Positions 61,601 through 64,000 of a stretch of 64,000 nt of DNA are shown here, one piece after another (position 1 is the first letter of the stretch; the number at the start of each line of letters is the position of its first letter). Below the pieces are notes generated by a model. The model saw only the letters and a program-made list of their open reading frames with translations, made no database searches and was not told where the DNA came from. The DNA is from Okamejei kenojei (lineage: Eukaryota). The stretch lies in assembly GCA_035221665.1 (NCBI GenBank), contig CM069153.1, positions 15,376,001 to 15,440,000 of the forward strand, given 5' to 3'. The position numbers were made by a program, and so were the translations under genes.

Positions 61601-62787
61601 TTACTTGCACAGCTGAATCACATCTATACTATTAACAATTAATCTAACGACTAGTAAAACCTGTTTACTAGAGTTTATTGACTGCCATCTGTTGCCCAGG
61701 CTGGCATCACAGCCAATTGAATACCTAAAGTGAATCCCAACATCCTACAAGTCTATTTGATAGACTTAATCTAGCTGGATGGAGGAGCCCATTTTCTCAA
61801 ATATAGTTTAAGACTTAACAGATTCTGTTATATTGCCTTATCCTAACAATGACCTCATCCCCATGATCACTGTAAATGGGAATACCCTACTAAACAGCTA
61901 ATTCCCATAAAGCAGCCCTGAAGAAGGTACCGCAGGCGCCCATAAAGCAGCCTGAACAAAAGGTGCTGCTGGCGCGGCCTTTCCCATAGGCCAGTATTTG
62001 CCATAGGTTTGGCGTTCTCATGAAGCAGCCCTGAGCAAAGGTGCTGCTGGCATAACCTCTCCAATAGGCTAGCCTGCCATAACTTGGCATTCCCCTGGAG
62101 CAGTCCTGAGCAAAGGTACTGCTGGCACAGCCTCTCCAATAGGCTAGCCTGCCATAGCTTGGCATGCCCATGAGCAGTCCTGAGCAAAGGTACTGCTGGC
62201 ATAACCTCTCCCATAGGCTGGCACTGCCATAACTTGGCATTCCCCGGGAATCAATCCCCAGGCACCTGGGTTACTCATTTACGTGAATTAAACCCCATTT
62301 CTTGGGGACTACTGCGGTCTGAGAACCGCAAACACTTGAGTTTCCCCACCACCGGGAACCCAGGCTGACCGTTCAGGTCCGTTAAGCCCCATCCCCTAGG
62401 GACTACTGCGGTCTGGAACCGCACTATTCTCGGGTACCCCCTCCCCGGAACCCAACATGTGGAGTCACTGACTGCGTTATCAGTAACTCCGATCGCAAAC
62501 CCGACATTCGCCAGCTCCCCGCTCCCGCGGCCGTCCAGGGTTTTTCCCCCCAAAGCCCTAGTCTGGTTCATTCGTCGGCCTCGCGACCATCCCACAAGAA
62601 CCCCAGAGGTTCCTGAAGGAAACCTAGAACAGGTAAGAAATAGCACTTACCTGAAACTTTTTTAGACTTACCGTTGGAGGAGCTGCGCTGCTCCACAGTC
62701 GTCTGCACAAAAGCGTCTGACGTGATGATGCACGAACGGCTGTATGGGGTTCTTCACGTAGTCACTCACGTGGCTCCGAAGTTAAAT
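58671..62787 (-). mobile_element. DIRS1-type element E (highly degenerate, both ends present)
   Basis: Left ITR 62787-62720, ICR ~58890-59002, right ITR/extension 58671-58785. YR remnant SHYTRAATTSAA in ORF 59158-59373. Confidence 0.9.
61900..62245. repeat. ~75-bp tandem repeat (about 4-5 units) in the 5' region of DIRS E
   Basis: Repeated ctgagcaaaggt(a/g)ctgctggca..cctctcc(a/c)ataggct.g..tgccata.cttggcat. Confidence 0.9.
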
Positions 62788-63871
62788 CTAAATGCTGCCT
62801 TATCAGCGCCTTATAGAGCCTCAATATTACATCCCTGTATTTGTATACAAGCCCTCTTGAAATAAATGCTAGCATTCAGTTTGCTTTCTTTACTACCAGT
62901 TCGACTAGCAGATTAACGTTTTGGGAAACCTACTCCAGCTCACCCAAGTCCCTTTGCACCTCTGATTCTCACCCCATTTAGATAATAGTCTTTATTTCTG
63001 CTACCAAAATGCATGAATTCACACTTTGCTGCACTATATTCCATCTGCTCATCTCCTCACATTTATGTTATATTTATTGTTGTAACTATCATTGTCACAT
63101 ATATTGTTTTCTGTATGAGTTTTATGCAAATAATTTTATTGCACTTTGGCGTATATGAACATAAACTAATCTAATCTAATCAATAACTGTTTGCAGATAA
63201 TTGCAATTCTACAGCATTGGAGGGCTTACTTGTCAGAGATTGTAAATCAGTGAGTCCTGCCTGAAGCTTACTGTGTGAGACCAAAATAACTCCAGAAGGG
63301 TTGCAAAGCTGTGGAGCTATCCAAAGCCAGGCATAAAATGCTGGAAGGCCAACAGGAGGAGCGCAAGCAGTGGACATGAAGCTCATGAGTTAAGCAAATC
63401 CCTTCCATATGATGGATGCAAAGATGGGTTGTGGAATGTACAGATTGATGAGGAGATCTTGCATTTAGCATAGACCACGGTTGGTTTTAGGCACTTCTAG
63501 AGAGGAATCCTACGTGTGATCAGCACTGCACCAGGAGAAATTCAACAAAGATGGGATGGTGCACTAGAAGGATTCAGTGTGGGATTCAGTGTGGAAATAA
63601 TTACCAGTAATTCTTCGTCACTGGGTCTAAATCGTGGATTTCAATGGCCACAAGGTGTTCCCTCAGCAAAAAGGCAACCATGGTTCAAAAAAGTGGTTCA
63701 CCACCAATTTCACAAATTTGAATCACAAATTGCTATAAATGAAATGGATAGGTGTGCGGTATAAATGTCATCTTGCTAATGGCACACATATACTGAGAAA
63801 CAAATACATTTTAGAAAATGTAAATATATCAGTTGTTGAAAAAATGTGTTCTAATGCTTACCACAAGCAGA

Positions 63872-64000
63872 GGCAGCACGGTTGTGCAGTGGGAGAATTG
63901 CTGCCTTACAGCGCTTGCAGCGCTGGAGACTTGAGTTCAATCCAGACTACGGGTGCTGTCTCTACAACGTTTGTACTTTCTCCCAGTTGCCGAGTCGGTT
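63872..64000 (+). mobile_element. HE1/V-SINE 5' part (runs off window)
   Basis: gcacggttgtgcagtgggagaattgctgccttacagcgc..gagttcaatcc..gggtgctgtc. Confidence 0.8.

Larger units (their letters stand above)
58127..63050 (-). mobile_element. CR1 LINE 3' part interrupted by DIRS E
   Basis: CR1 3' UTR and ORF end at 58127-58670. The motif catttag|agtattgtgaacaattttgggcacc (HLEYCEQFWAP) is split by the DIRS and resumes at 62788-63050. Confidence 0.9.

Noticed and set aside
61867-62245. Regular repeats resembling a CRISPR array or repeat protein
   Set aside because: The units are contiguous tandem copies without unique spacers, lie inside a DIRS in a vertebrate genome, and have no cas genes nearby.
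63180-63800. Short ORFs and splice-like sites in unique sequence near the window end
   Set aside because: No recognisable protein motif and no consistent acceptor/donor pair with an open frame.

Overview
This is vertebrate genomic DNA, very likely from a cartilaginous fish (skate/ray/shark). That inference rests on HE1/V-SINE-type SINEs, HER1/CR1 LINEs and abundant Penelope-derived tails. The window is intronic or intergenic and dominated by nested transposon remnants; no intact host gene or intact autonomous element is visible. (1) Five DIRS1-type tyrosine-recombinase retrotransposons are present, each with split inverted terminal repeats and an internal complementary region (ICR). One is a triple nest (DIRS > DIRS > L1, 2751-13733), one is a 1.7-kb mini-element keeping only the recombinase region, and most junctions share an ATT core. 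(2) Many Penelope-like element (PLE) fragments and short tails carry a minimal hammerhead-ribozyme-like motif, often as fold-back pairs; one is a tandem dimer with an 18-bp target duplication. (3) A 3'-truncated U2 snRNA copy is inserted in a DIRS. (4) A Helitron-like element contains a polyadenylated internal L1 ORF2 piece. (5) A long-TIR fold-back DNA transposon has an 8-bp TSD. CR1, Rex1/Babar and RTE fragments fill much of the rest. A few exon-like segments (15.5 kb, 20.6-21.1 kb) may belong to an unidentified host transcript. All family names come from motif recognition by eye, not from database searches, and boundaries of old fragments are approximate.
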